Below are positions 47,660-61,000 of a DNA stretch of 64,000 nucleotides, in pieces. The DNA comes from Takakia lepidozioides (Eukaryota > Plantae > Bryophyta). How positions within the stretch are numbered: position 1 is the stretch's first letter; each line of letters opens with the position of its first letter. The notes under the pieces were generated by a model. The model did not search any database and was not told the origin of the DNA. It saw nothing but the letters and a program-made list of their open reading frames with translations. The stretch spans positions 62,124,001 to 62,188,000 of the forward strand of contig CM060732.1 of assembly GCA_030704615.1 (NCBI GenBank). Direction: 5' to 3'. A program made the translations under genes and the position numbers.

Positions 47660-50100
47660 CGGACCGGAGACCTTCCCCTTGATATCTCTCCCGTCGAGGC
47701 TCCAACCATTGTCCCATGAATGCCCACTTTGCCATTTTTGCTATTTTTCGTGAATTTTCAGCGAGCAAAAGGACTTGGAATTCCACATCTCCCACACCGT
47801 AGGTCCAAAATCCCTAAGACCAAGCCCGTGCACCCCTCCTCGTCGAGGGGTTTCCGGCGGTACCAAGCACCCGGGCTGGGCCCTTGCGGTTTGGGACATC
47901 TCAACGTGACAAAACAAAACAAAACAAACAAAACAAACGTCTCGCTTCATGTATTGACTAGAATAGTCTGTGCCGTTGGCCCAAGTGTCCAGTGTCATCT
48001 AAGTCCAAGTGCATCAATATATGAAGCAAGCCATATCCAATCATTTTTTTTCCACAGAGCCTACGATCAGATTTGAACCGGAGACCTTTCCCTTGATATC
48101 TCCAAGTGCTATCCCCTACATATCCAAGTGTGTCTCCTATGTCAAGGCTCAAATGCGACCTCTAGGGTAGCTTGTGTCGTTGGCCCAAATGCGGAGTGTC
48201 ATCTAAGCCCAAGTGCATCAACATATGAAGCAAGCCATATCCAATCATTTTTTTTTCCACCGAGCCTACGATCAGATTTGAACCAGAGACCTTTCCCTTG
48301 ATATCTCCAAGTGCTATCCCCTATATATCCAAGTGCGTCTCCCAAGTGAGGCCCAAGTGCGACCTCTAGGGTAGCTTGTGCCGTTGGCCCAAGTGTCCAT
48401 TGTCTTCTAAGTCATCTAAGTCTACTGATTTATCTAATCATTATTTTTCCACATAGCCTATGACCAGATTTGAACTGGAGACCTTTCTCTTGTTGTCTCT
48501 CCCGTCAAGGCTCCAACCGTTCTCCCATGAATGCCCACTTTGCTATTTTTCCCGGATTTCCAACGGCCCAACATCATCTAAGTGAGTTTTTTTCCATAGA
48601 GCCTACGACCAGATTTGAACCGGAGACCTTTCCCTTGATATCTCTCCCGTCGAGGCTCCAACCATTGTCCCATGATGCCCACTTTGCCATTTTTGCTATT
48701 TTTTGTGAATTTCCAGCGACCGAAAATACTTGGAATTCCACATCTCCCTCACCGCTTGTCCAAAAATCATGAGACCAAGCCGGTGCACCCCTCCTAATCG
48801 AGGGCTTTCCAATGGCACCAAGCACCCGCGCTAGCCCGCAGTTTGGGAGATCTCAACGACGCTATAAAACAAAACAAACGTTTCGCTTCATCTATTGACT
48901 AGGGTAGCCTGTGCCGTTGGCCCAAGTGTCATCTAAGCCCAAGTGCAACCCCCTATGTATCCAAGTGCGTCTCCTATGTCGAGGCCCATCTAAGCCCAAG
49001 TGCAATCTTCTATTCATGTATCCAAGTGCATTTCCCATGTAGAGCCCCAATTGTCCACTGTCATCTAAGCCCAAGTCCAATCTCCTATGTATCCAGTGCA
49101 TTTTCCTCTGTATCCAAGTGCGTCTCCTATGTCGAGGCCCAAGTGCAACCTCTAGGGCCTAGGGTAGCCTGTGCCGTTGGCCCAAGTGTCCATTGTCATC
49201 TAAGTCCAAGTGCAATCCCCTATGTATCAAAGTACGTCTCCTATGTCGAGTCCCAAATGCAACCTCTAGGGTAGCCTCTGCCGCTGGCCCAAGTGTCATC
49301 GAGTGCAATCCCCTATGTATCCAAGTGCGTCTCCTATGTCGAGGTCCAAATGCAACCTAGGGTAGCATGTGCCATTGGCCCAAGTGTCCAGTGTCATCTT
49401 AGCCCAAATGTAAGATCTTCTATGTATCCCGGTGCGTCTCCTATGTCGAGGCCTAAGTGCGACCTCTAGTATAGCCTATGTCGTCGGCTCATGTGTGACG
49501 AATTGAAATCTAAGACCAAGGGCAATTTCCTATGTATCCAAGTGCGTCTCCTATGTCGAGGCCCATCTAAGCCCAAGTGCAATATTCTATTCATGTATCC
49601 AAGTGCCTCCCATGTAGAGGCCCAAGTGTCTAGTGGATCATCTTAACGCAAGTGCAATCTCCTAAGTATCCAAATACGTCTCACATGTCTAGGGTGGCAT
49701 ATGCCGTTGGCCTTAGACGTGTCCAGTGTCATCTAAGTCCAAGTGCATCAATATATGAAGCAAGCCATATCTAATCAATTTTTTTTCCAGAGAGCCTACG
49801 ACCAGATTTGAACCGGAGACCTTTCCCTTGATATCTCTCCCATCGAGGCTCAACCAATATCCCAGGAATGCCCACTTTGCCATTTTTGCTATTTTGTGAA
49901 TTTCCAGCGACCAAAAGCACTTGGAATTCCACATCTCCCTCACCGCTTGTCCAAAAATCATGAGACCAAGCCGGTGCACCTCTCCTCATCGAGGGCTTTC
50001 CAACGGCACCAAGCACCGGGGCGCCCCCCTTGCCCCGGGGTTTGGGAGATCTCAACTACGCTACAAAACAAAAAACAAACGTCTGGCTTCATATATTGAT
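47660..50100. repeat. complex tandem array: three ~290-bp units interleaved with shuffled CCAAGTG-containing modules
   Basis: Long unit at about 47664-47960, 48620-48900 and 49813-50100. Modules gtcatctaag(c/t)ccaagtgca, tatccaagtgcgtctcctatgtcgaggccc and gtgccgttggcccaagtgtc recur many times. Confidence 0.9.
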
Positions 50101-50238
50101 GATTTACTTTTCCAGACCCTTCGTTTCATCGGGTCACTAAATAAAGACCAGATGCCCGCCCCGGTAGAGATTGCTCCGGGTCATGTAGTCGTCAAAGATT
50201 TCAGCCGTCCGATAATAAAATGAAGGGTTTAGATTGTC

Positions 50239-50249
50239 GATCCGCGTCA
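50239..50249 (-). promoter_or_regulatory. plant histone-promoter octamer (CGCGGATC)
   Basis: gatccgcgtca about 230 bp upstream of the H2B ATG. TATA-like cataaata at about 50292. Confidence 0.7.
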
Positions 50250-50467
50250 AGGGCATGAGGCTCTCGCAGTGGTGCAGAAGATGGAGGCTGGCATAAATAG
50301 TGTGTGTGTTCCCGCTTAACATCGCTAGGTTCCAATTTGTCTTCATCCTGTAACATCTTGTGATTCTTGTGAAGATCTTGTGAAGCGTGCTCCGATTGTA
50401 GAGTTCTGCAGTTAGGTTTCTGTGCTTTTGCTTCTGGAGTTGGGGGAGCTTTCTCGTTTCTATAGCA

Positions 50468-51098
50468 ATGGCTCCTAAGTCAGCTGATGCTGAGCAGAAG
50501 GCAGGGAAGGGTAAGGCGGAGAAGAAGCCCATCAAGAAGGCTGAGAAGAAGCTCAAGGGTGACACTACTAAAGGGGATCCCAAGAAGAAGAGGACGAAGA
50601 AGAGTACGGAGACATACAAGATCTACATATACAAAGTGCTGAAGCAGGTAACATCTCTTGAAATCACAACATGAGGCCTCCGTTTCATGTCTCAGCTTGT
50701 CTTTCTGCTTGACGGAAGTTTGATTGAGGAATGTAGTGCCTTCGCATTGATAGGGCGGATGCCATTGATGTCTCCCTCTCCCTTAGCCAAGGAGAGTCTT
50801 GCCCAATATTCTGTGCATAGTTCAATCTTTCTCACATTCTCATCTATTTTGTCATTGCCTTCAGGTGCACCCTGACACTGGAATATCTTCCAAGGCCATG
50901 GGAATTATGAACTCTTTCATCAATGATATTTTCGAGAAGCTTGCTCAGGAGGCTGCACGGCTGGCCCGTTACAACAAGAAGCCGACGATCACGTCACGGG
51001 AGATTCAGACAGCCGTGAGGCTCATTCTTCCTGGGGAATTGGCAAAGCATGCTGTTTCTGAAGGCACCAAGGCTGTGACCAAGTTTACCAGTGCTTAG
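50468..51098 (+). CDS. H2B: histone H2B; exons 50468-50647 and 50865-51098 (137 aa)
   Basis: [60 protein letters not shown]. Phase-0 GT-AG intron. Confidence 0.98.
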
Positions 51099-52462
51099 AC
51101 TGAGATGTTACCCTATTTTCTGGTGTTCTTCAACACCACCTCTTGTTGATATCATCATTCTCCTCTTGAGTGTGTCGGGTAGCTCTGTTGTCTAAATTGT
51201 TACGAGTAACTTCGCCACACGAGAATTAACGGCTACATTTAGTTTTGCTGCTCTGTCCCACTTTTGTTGTGGGATTACATTGAACACGTAGGTGGATCAT
51301 AGATTATAGCTTTACATGTATCTGTATCATGTCTTTGTTGAACAAAATAGACATTTACTGTGGATGCTGTTTGTGCATACATGTCTACCTGTCTCAACTC
51401 TTCAATCTCGCCTATCATCTTCATGTCACCTTTCCTCAGGTAGAGAGGAGGGGATGAAACATTTGGGAGTGCAATTCTTTGCCATCTTGTTTGTCGGAAG
51501 GCAGTCTGGAAGATGTTGGAGCATGGACATGAATGAGCGATACATATTCTGGTAGCTAATTCTGAGAGCAGTATTGCCATCGATCGTTCCAACAGAATGT
51601 GAATGGCCCCCACAACGAATCGAGCTTCAGGAGCAGCATGTAGAGACGTTGAGGAGACGGTTCAAAATCAGTCAAGAACATGGGTTCGAATTTAGGTGTG
51701 GGTGGAGGTCCGAGAATGTATAGGCTCTTTAGTTCTCGGTCGACGAGTCGCTTCGCCCTCTTGTGGCTCATCTCTTTCATACCAGATCTCCCTTCCCATT
51801 CGGCTCTCGCCCTCTGGGTTCCTGGTGGTGTCGTATCGGCTTTTGGGATCCCACTGATAATCCTTGTCGATGATCAGTCACATGCAGTTTGTGCCTCTGC
51901 GTTCCTGGCAGCATTCTCTCTTGGAATCGTCAAATTGATGAGCGTATGTGCGTCTCGTCTCCTGTCTATCCTTTCTCTCTGTCTGCAGTAACTGTGCGCC
52001 TACTCTGCTGCTCGCTTCCTGTAGCTTGGATTTGTGTGGGTTTCCTAGTTCCTACTGGGTTCGCACTCCATCTACATATTTCTAGTAGTTCCTGCTTTTG
52101 TTTGTCTGGTTCGCTTGTGTTGCTTTGCTGTGTCTCATGGACTCTGGTTTACCGTGGATGAAATAAAATCTCTCCTTCTTTCTACCTCGTGAATGTATCT
52201 TCTTCATCTTGGCCTGCCTTCCGTGACCTACGGACTCGGTACTGTTTGATACGCTTGTCTTTCAGCGTCCCTGAATGGCGTCTTGTTTTATCCAAGACGG
52301 TCCTCTGCATTGGTCTTTGCTTGTAATGGATGGCAATGAACTTTCTCGATCAAATGCTCGGGAACTATTTCTGCATTTTACTTTCAGACCATCCATTTCG
52401 CAGGAGTGATCGATATTCCGTCGCTCTCTCTCCCTCACACATAATAGTGTACAGAAGTATTT

Positions 52463-53104
52463 ATGTCCTTTCCTGGAGAGGTGACTAGCCTTGCTGGGAT
52501 GCAAGTGTGTCCGAACTGCTCCTTGGCGTTGGGCAAGGAGAAGGAGAATGTTGAAGAACGTGTAGGGATCACTCTGCTCTTCTCGAAAGTGAGCCGGCAA
52601 GTGCTTTGTGTAGAGGCTGGAAAAGATTTTGTAGATGTTCTTGTGGGCTTCCTCACTCTCCCTATTGGGTGCATGGTGAAACTCCTCTCCGAAGCTGCAT
52701 TGATCGGCAAAGCCCCTGAGGTGCAGGCGAAGGCCATCACCAGTGTGCTCAATCCTTCTGTGCCAAGCAGCCCTGCAGCAAAGGAGAAAAAGGAAGACAA
52801 GTTGATGACCTCTATTGCCAACGTATTTGAAAGTGTTGTGAAATTGGAAGACTCTCGGATGTGTGTTGACAAAATGTGTCTGCTCGATCCCAAACCAGCT
52901 AATGGGTTCAGGGCTAAATTGCCCTCCATGCACTCCAGTCAGCTGTCGACAAATTTGAGCAGCTCTTCAGCACTTTTCAGCTGTGGTCAGGCTTGTACTT
53001 TTGTTACTTCAAAAGTGGGTACTACGTGCCCCAAGCATAAGAGAAAGATGGAGACACCATGCAAGTTTCTTGAGGACGAGATGGGCGTAGATCTTGGGGT
53101 ATAA
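52463..53104 (+). CDS. DUF674 family protein (N-terminal part; gene possibly broken, C-terminal-like exon at ~54769-54875)
   Basis: VLCVEAGKDFVDVLVGFLTLPIGCMVKLL..SIANVFESVVKL are DUF674 hallmarks. A distal segment reads VLQLLKVSLSSSNVLNEVFG. Confidence 0.75.
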   Translation: MSFPGEVTSLAGMQVCPNCSLALGKEKENVEERVGITLLFSKVSRQVLCVEAGKDFVDVLVGFLTLPIGCMVKLLSEAALIGKAPEVQAKAITSVLNPSVPSSPAAKEKKEDKLMTSIANVFESVVKLEDSRMCVDKMCLLDPKPANGFRAKLPSMHSSQLSTNLSSSSALFSCGQACTFVTSKVGTTCPKHKRKMETPCKFLEDEMGVDLGV

Positions 53105-56100
53105 CTTGCTACACCAGAAGACTGCACAGAATCTAGCGACTGCCCTGAAATTCTGAAATAGTGTTGGATATGGTATGTGCCTAGTTATAGTCACAAGCGT
53201 TAAAAATCAGCAACCTGTCTACTAGTTCTTACAAATGCAGTGAGATGTAATCTGTCTACTTGCACCCATACAGACAGTTTCCAGACGGACCCTACCTCTC
53301 CATTGACGAAAGTGTAATCTCCAAGTATAAGCCGTCCAAGTTATAAGAGCTAAGTTCATCAAGTACTATACCCATCACCTTCTTGGGGCATCTGTCTTTC
53401 TGGAACAAATTAGTCTATGGAATATGGAATATGTGGTTCGTACTGGTGCCAAATCTTCCTCAACCGTTGGTTAGCTGTGGCCTCTGCCACATAAAGTTTT
53501 GGACTAATGAAACTTTTATGCTGTATGTTGTTATCTGCCCTTTGATGGAGTGAATCCCACTTGGTCAGGATTTAGGTGGGCGCTCTTGCGCAGCTCCCGC
53601 TTGTGTGCTCACAAAATCGGGCAGTATGGCGGCGGATCGTGGTGTGCCTACTGCAGCTACAAATGTATGATGAGCTGATCCATTGGAATTGAGGGATACT
53701 TGCAATATCCAATATGTACTGCAGATTTAGAGATTAAGGACCCATAGAATTTGCAGTAGTGAAATAGTGGGATCCATATATGTTGTTTGATCTAGGATTA
53801 TATAATTGGACTACTTTGGCACTGGTACAGATAGATGGGACTTTCTCTCTACCCCTGGCTTTGACAGAATCTGAAGAGGTTTCTGGAAGTCACCAAGCAA
53901 CTGCATACTGTAGATGGATGCTCTAGGATTTGAGTGGATGCTGGACTCCAGGTATTCTTGAATGTGAGAGTGACTGACTGTTAAACTGGTGCTGGCAGGA
54001 CGGGCCCACTGGTGGGTATGTGAAGGGGGGCACACAGTTTATGATAACCAACACGCTTGAGATCGTTGCATGCTCAGCAATAAAGTCTTTGATACAACTC
54101 AACATGATAAAATCAGAGCGAGTTGGGGACTTAGACACCATGGAGATCCTTGTAGGGACCAAAGAGGTGACACCCTATGACCTACTTCGGATGTGACTTG
54201 CTTGTAGCATGTATCAACAGAAAAAAAATAAGAGTGGGTGCTGGTTGTCTATCTTACCCCTCCTGTTGCAGTTTTGGGACAATATCCACATTTCTATCTT
54301 CCCCCTTCTGCAAGCTGGAGCTGCGGTTTTGGAGGGTGCACTTGGACGCAGAGAGCTGGATCTCAGTGTAGCTACTTCTTGCCTTACTAGTGGCTGCACG
54401 GCACTATGGCCTCAGAAACAGGAAACTTTCTGAGGCTGCATATGGTGGGAAACCTTAAGAGCATCTTTTGTAGGTTGCTGTTGATAAATACATCTCTACC
54501 ACTCTATGGTGCGGTTGGTTAGTGGGGAAGGGTAAATAAGAGCTGCATCAGGGCCACTACTCCCTGATTCAGAAGTTAGTCTTACCTTGGCAATGGCATT
54601 GGTTCTGACTGTGTCAGATTTCCTCCAGGATTCTTCACCAGAACATTAACTAGAGGCAATATTCACGCAAGAAGAGAGGGATCCTGAGCTCACGATTGTA
54701 AATAGGGCTGTGGTAAATGCTTAACATGTGAAGTGCATGTATGTGAGACACAGTGCTGAAATGTGCAGGTATTACAACTATTGAAAGTATCACTGTCATC
54801 CAGCAATGTGCTCAATGAAGTGTTTGGCAAGTATTGTAACAAGAGGGGTCCTGGTAAGGCCGCTTGCCTTTAATGAAATAGTGAAATGATGAAATATTGA
54901 TCTGGTTCCCTTCAGCCTTCCTGAGGCCTCCTCTCTATCTGCTCTGGGTCAAATGAGGGCCTTCAGAGCTACCTGTCCCTATTCTCTCCTTATTTTGGTC
55001 CCTTCCTCCTCTACATGTACAATTTGGAAACTCCAGTAGTACCATCAGTTTGGGAACACTAGCATAAATATATAAATCCTTACACTCTGGGACAGTAAAA
55101 ACCGGTAGTAGCATTGGCCGAATAATTGAAAAGCAGGTCTACAAACCTTGACAGAACCTTCGAAACCCACACCCACACCCACAGCTCTGGGGTGGGTAGT
55201 TTCCAGAGACTGGCCCACAACCATAGCCCTTGCATGGAAGCCTGGTGGGGGTAGTTTACAGAAGTCTTTGGCATCTTAGATGCCTGGTCTGCGGGTACCC
55301 CCGCAAGATCTCAATAGGGCTCCCATGCATGGCAGGTGAGATTGGTCATGGGTGCCACCAAAGCATTCAATCTTTTGCATAACATTGCAAGGAGGCTTTG
55401 GTGACTCTTTGGTTTATTTCCTGCATTATTTCTGGAAAGATCGTATGTTGTCAAATTGTCAGTTTAAGGAATGCATTATGTTCAACATCTATTTCCACAC
55501 ACCTTTGTCATGGACTCATGGAATTGCACAATTTGGTGTGGTTGACTTAGGTCGAAGAGTGCCCAATTGTGATGGTTTATGCATCCAAGTTGGTCTCACA
55601 TTTGTTTTGGTATCACTGATCTCAGGAACAGCGGAATATTTTTTCCCACAGTGTGGTGAACAACCTTGCTGCCAATGCGCTGTGTTGGGTACTCCCACCT
55701 GGCCAGCAGCACCGGAGTCTGTCGAGTAAGCTTATTTTCTCCAGACCATGGTAAGCAACTAAGGGGATCACAGACAAAAAAGAAAGAAACATTGCAGACA
55801 TTTCAGTGATTCATAAGAGAGGCAATTATCAATTCCATAGAAGAATGGTCTAAAAACACAAACACCCTAGTTATACAGCCCACCCCGAAAGGTTGAGGTA
55901 AAGTAGCTCTTAATTACGTCAGCTTCAGCCGGAGTCTTCTTCTTCTTCTTCTTCTTCACCCTGAGTTTATTTTTCTTCTCATGCTCCTAATCTGCATGTT
56001 GTCACCGCCCCAATTCTGCTTCGTATCATTATGAACACTCCTATCCAGTGCGGGTATCAGAGAATTGAGAAGACCTTCAAAGCTCATAAAATAGCTCCCT

Positions 56101-58057
56101 GTAAATGGCTGCCCTCAGTTCGTCACACCATGATGACTGCAGGTTGCATGTACTCAGGTTGGAATGCTATTTATTTATGCACACTGATTTACTGTTTTGG
56201 TCTTCCACTTGATATCTTCAGTTCAACATAGAGCTGCAGATTAGCTGAGGAGTGAGTGAGGCTATGTCCACCCTACATACACTGCCCTTGTGGAATGGCG
56301 GGGACCTTTCGGGTGTCGCGGATACTCCAGTTAGCACACCCTCCAGTGGCCGAAAATTTAAACTCTCGTGGCATCCTTTGGATATTATTCACTTTGGGAA
56401 ATGACTGCCATGGTAGTGCAATACCGCCTGGGCCAACATGGATTGGAAATGGTCCGTAATGGAGCTACATGTAATGTAGCTTTCCAGAATGGAAATAATG
56501 GGTCTTGGTCTTGGTCAAGTTTAAGAGTGTATACAAACAGAGATGAGTGGAAGAATCATAGCTTTCTGCCTGAGTTTCACATCATGGAGGAGGGAAGCCG
56601 CATCGTTGATGCCCCTTGTCAGTTCATGCCAATTTGAGAACCTGTAATTCTGTATATGTGCTAATGTCACTTGTGCACGGGAAGATGGCACTTAAACATA
56701 GATTGTGAGGCAGATGCCTCCTTGCACTCAAAACCAGTTCTTTTTGCAATCCCCACATTCAAAGAAAGGGGTGCCTTCACTCTTCTCTCCTCTTCTTCTG
56801 TGTTTTCTTCCCAGTCCTCCAATTTATATGGTGCAAAGGTGGTTTGTTTACCCTCCAACAAAATTCCAGAGCCAACTGCTCCGAGGGGCCACCAATGGAT
56901 GGAGATGAAATGAGGTGGAACTTAATTACTCATGCGGAAAGGCTCAAAGAGCTTACCTGACAAGAGAAAGGAAATGAAATGGAAAGAAAGGAAAGTGCAA
57001 CTTCTTCAGGGATTCACAATTGCTCACAATGGTTTAAGTATAATGCATGGGGACGATGGACTCATCCACCTGCATCTACACGAAAGCAAGTGGACAGTGA
57101 TAAGAAGACAGCCATCATGGTGCCTGTCGGCATAAAGCTCTCTGCTGTTTGATACAAACTTGAAGACCTCAACAACGATTGGAGGTCTTCCGTGTACACA
57201 TCACATGATAGCTCCAAATCGATTGTCCAGAGATCTCTCTCTCTGATGTCGGTGGAAAGTAGGCAGAAAGTTGGTGTCAGATCTGAACTTCTTTGGGCTC
57301 TGTTCTACATATTTGCAATTGGTAGAAACAGCCAAACAGACGCCAAACAGACGAGCGTTGTGCAGTGCGCCCTCGCTCACCAAAGTCGTCACAGTCAGGA
57401 GTTCTTTTTATGACATTGTCAATGTGGGCCCCCTCCCCTGCAGCTATTGGGTGTCCTCATTGTACGTGGGTACCATGTTTGGATTCCCCCAGTTTCTACT
57501 CGGTGGCGGTCCCAGTTGTTATGAAGACAAGCCTGGAAACACGCATGTTATTTCCAAAATAGCCAGACAATCTCTGTCAGAATGTGCTTCTCTGGATCTA
57601 AGCTTATCCAGGATTCCCGCCTTTTCGGGAGCGGCATTCATCCATTCTTCGAGAGAGATTGCAGGGATTGCACAGATTGCACAGATTCGGGCTTGTTGTA
57701 CCCCAATAAATGCAGGAGCAGCCACTTGTGCGAGAAACCCAGAGAGGGACTGTTGCGGGTGCTTGGGGGCTGCAGCAGGCCTGGCATGTCTCGTGCTGGG
57801 TTTGCAATGGCAGATGAGATAAGGTAGAGATAATAAGCATAGTGGGTTTGAAGTACAAGGGATGTGGGTTGGAGGGAGCGATAGAGAGAGGAGATGGCTG
57901 TGTTTCTCTTTTTGCTGTGATTGGCCAGTCTGAATTCCTGCGTTTTTGCTGTGATTGGCCAGTCTCACTTGCTGCGTTTTTGCTGTGGCTGGGCTTCTTC
58001 ATATTGTGTAGAGATTAGAGAGATTCGTGGTCGGTTTGAAGGTCGAGATAGGCGAAG

Positions 58058-61000
58058 ATGATTCCTCTCATCGGAGTGGTGGCAGTTGCCTCTTTGGGAT
58101 ACGTTTTCAAAAAAGGGGTCCCTAATCCGTTCAGGAACCGAGATGAGCTTTTGAATGAGGTGAATGACCCTGACGATGTCAAGAGATTGAATCTATCGGT
58201 GTCGAGTGAGGGATGTGAGAATGAAGCGCCGATCGATGGTACTGACAACAGAGAAGAAGACGTGGGTAGTCTCGCCGGCAGGCAGGAGAATTCATCTCAA
58301 TCTCCGTGCGACAGGAAGGATGCATTGCATGCTGTTGAGACAAGCCATGGGTTTTCTCCAGAGGAAGAAACTGTCTCAGATTGTATGCAGGTGGATGACG
58401 ATGCTGTCCTCCTTCTCGAGGGAGAAAAGAGATTTTGCAGAGGCCTCACGCCTGGCAAGGATACGGTATGGGAGCAGGTGGGAGAATGCGGCGGTCCCCT
58501 CGATAGCAGCTCGCTCACAACCTCGTCTACTGTTGGGCCAGATCGTAGCAGTGTTTTCAGGGAGGGCTCGGTGCTGATTAGGGAGAGTCCCATAGCGGAA
58601 GTACTACACCTCCCTGAGGCAAAGGCACTGAGTGAAGAGCTTCCCGGTGATGGGGGGCGTGAGTGGGATTGCATTATCGACGTTGATTGTACAGATCCAT
58701 CGAGCTCACGATTACAGCATCGGAAAGATAGTAGGACGGTCAACGATGGTGGCAATCAGCAGGACAGTGAGATCACCCCGGAGGCGAGAAGACTGCAAAG
58801 CGAGTCTGTGGCACAGGAACATGGAGTGCAACGAGCTGAATCAAGCAGACATTTTCTCGAAATGGGACGAGCAGAGCAGGAGCGCGAAAAGACCGAGGGG
58901 ATGGACACAGCGATTGGAGAAAGGTGGAGGGACGAAGAACTTCCGCGGATTAGGATTGCTATGGATAATGATGCGGACACCAAGGATGTCAGCGAAAGAC
59001 AAGCGGTAGTCTCCAGATCTGCAAATTCATTGAAGAGCGAACGTCGACGGAAAGAGAAAGGGTTGGAGATCATCACGGAAGGCATTGGAAGGCGGGACAA
59101 CGAGTCTGTCGTAGGTGAAGAAAAGGATGTGGTTTGTGTTGTAGAAACTCTGAAAGTGGCCAGCATCGCAAGGGCCTTGGAGAAACCAGCTGTTGCCGTG
59201 GATGGCTGCAGAATGTGCGCTTCTTTGAAAGACAGATTAGTGGCTTTTGCTGCTAGGAGGTCCAAGGATGTCAATGAGTGGAGGAGGGGATTTGAAGCCG
59301 GCATTGAAACACAGAGATCTATACAGGAGGTGGAATGGATGAGCACGTTCCAGAGTAAGGAGTTAGAACGAGCTATGAAAGACAATGCAGTCGTGCAGAC
59401 AAAGATGGATGTTGGGAGAAGCAGGCTGCGGGATATGTGGGAGAGCGTGTGCCAAGATGAGAAAAAAGCCAAGGCACAATATGCGCTGCAGCCTCAAAGA
59501 CTGGCTCTGGAAGCTGGGCACGCAATGTCGTCTAAAGAGAGTCAAGAGGAGGACGCTGCTTGGGTCGACCAAAAGAAAGAGGAATGCAAGGAGAAGATGG
59601 TTCAGGAGATTCAGAAGATGCGGAGGGCTCTGCAGCTACAGTGGGAAGACAAGCTGCAAGAGGATAGGACTGCCACCAAGACTAGGCATGAGGTGGAAGC
59701 CAAGACACAGTTAGAACAAGCGCTTGAGGCACAGAGGTTCGCACTTGAGGCCAAGCATGGGAGGGAGTTGGATGTGAATCAACTTGAGGATGCTGCCAGG
59801 TGGGACCAAAAGAAGCAGGAGTGGTGTCAAAATTTCGTTGGGGAGATTGAGCGGATTCACAGAGTACTGCAGCTGGAAAGGGAAGACAATTTGCAGCAGA
59901 AGAATGCTGCCCATAAGGCTAGCCTGGAAGTCACAGGTAATGACAAGTTAGAACTGGCACTTGAGGCACAGAGACTGGGGCATGGGGCAGAAGATTCAAG
60001 GGCATTCGAAGAGAGTCGAGCAAAGGGCAATGCATTGGTGGAGCAAACGAGAGAGGAATGCGAGTTGAAGGTGGTTCAGAGGATTGAGCAGGTATGTAGG
60101 GCCCTGGAGCTTGAGTGGGAAGAGAGGCTAGACCAGGACAGGGCTGTCAACACAGCAAGGCATGCAGCAGATGGTAAGGAACAGTTAGAACAGGCTCTCA
60201 TGGCACAGAGACAGGCCCTCGAGGTGGAGCATTCAAGGGTACTAGAAGAGAGGTGGAAAGAGGAGACCCTACAGAAGGAAGAGTTCGAGCAGAAGCTGAT
60301 TCAGGAGGTTGAGCAGGCTCAGAGGGCATTGCAACTGGAATGGGAAGAGAGGCTGGAGCAGGATCGGGTTGCAAACAAGGTGAAGCACAGCATGGAAACC
60401 ACAGTACAACTATCACATGCTCTCGAAGCACAGAGACTGGCAATTGAGGTGGAATACGGAAAGGCATTGAAAGAGAGTCAAGAGGATCATTCCTGGACAA
60501 GTGAGGAGTGTGAGAAGAAGCTGAGTGAGGAGATCGAGCGGATTAGTAGGGCACTGCAGCTAGAATGGGAAGAGAGGCTGCAGCAGGATCGGGTTGCGAA
60601 CAATGCCAGGCATGATGAGGCAGCCCAGAGGCACTTGGAATTGGCGCTGGAGGCTCACAAACTGGCACTGGAGGCTGAGTATGCAACCATGATGGAAGAG
60701 AGACGAGAGAAGGAGGACAAAAAATGGTTGCACAAGCTGGAGATGGAGAGGGAAGCATTACTGTCCATGGCCAAAAGGGTGGTGGCACAGGAGCGAGAGA
60801 TGTGGAGAGCCAGCCAGGAACCTGAGTGGGAGGCCAAGCTGGCAGAAGAGAGAATGATGTGGCAGAAAGCACAGCAGGAGAAAGAAAGGGAGCAGAAATT
60901 GCTAGATGAACGAATCCGGAAAGAAACGGCCAGGCTTGAGCTACGTGCAGCCAACTTGGAATCTAAAGAGGTTCAAGTGCGGCGAATCAAAGAGGAGGCG

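Noticed and set aside
55080-57970. ORFs of 60-183 aa on both strands
   Set aside because: No recognisable domain or consistent splice model. Possibly decayed TE sequence.
58206-60954. Antisense and alternate-frame ORFs within the 1239-aa gene (likewise within the transposase and DDX54 exons)
   Set aside because: Shadow ORFs from codon bias of the real coding frame.
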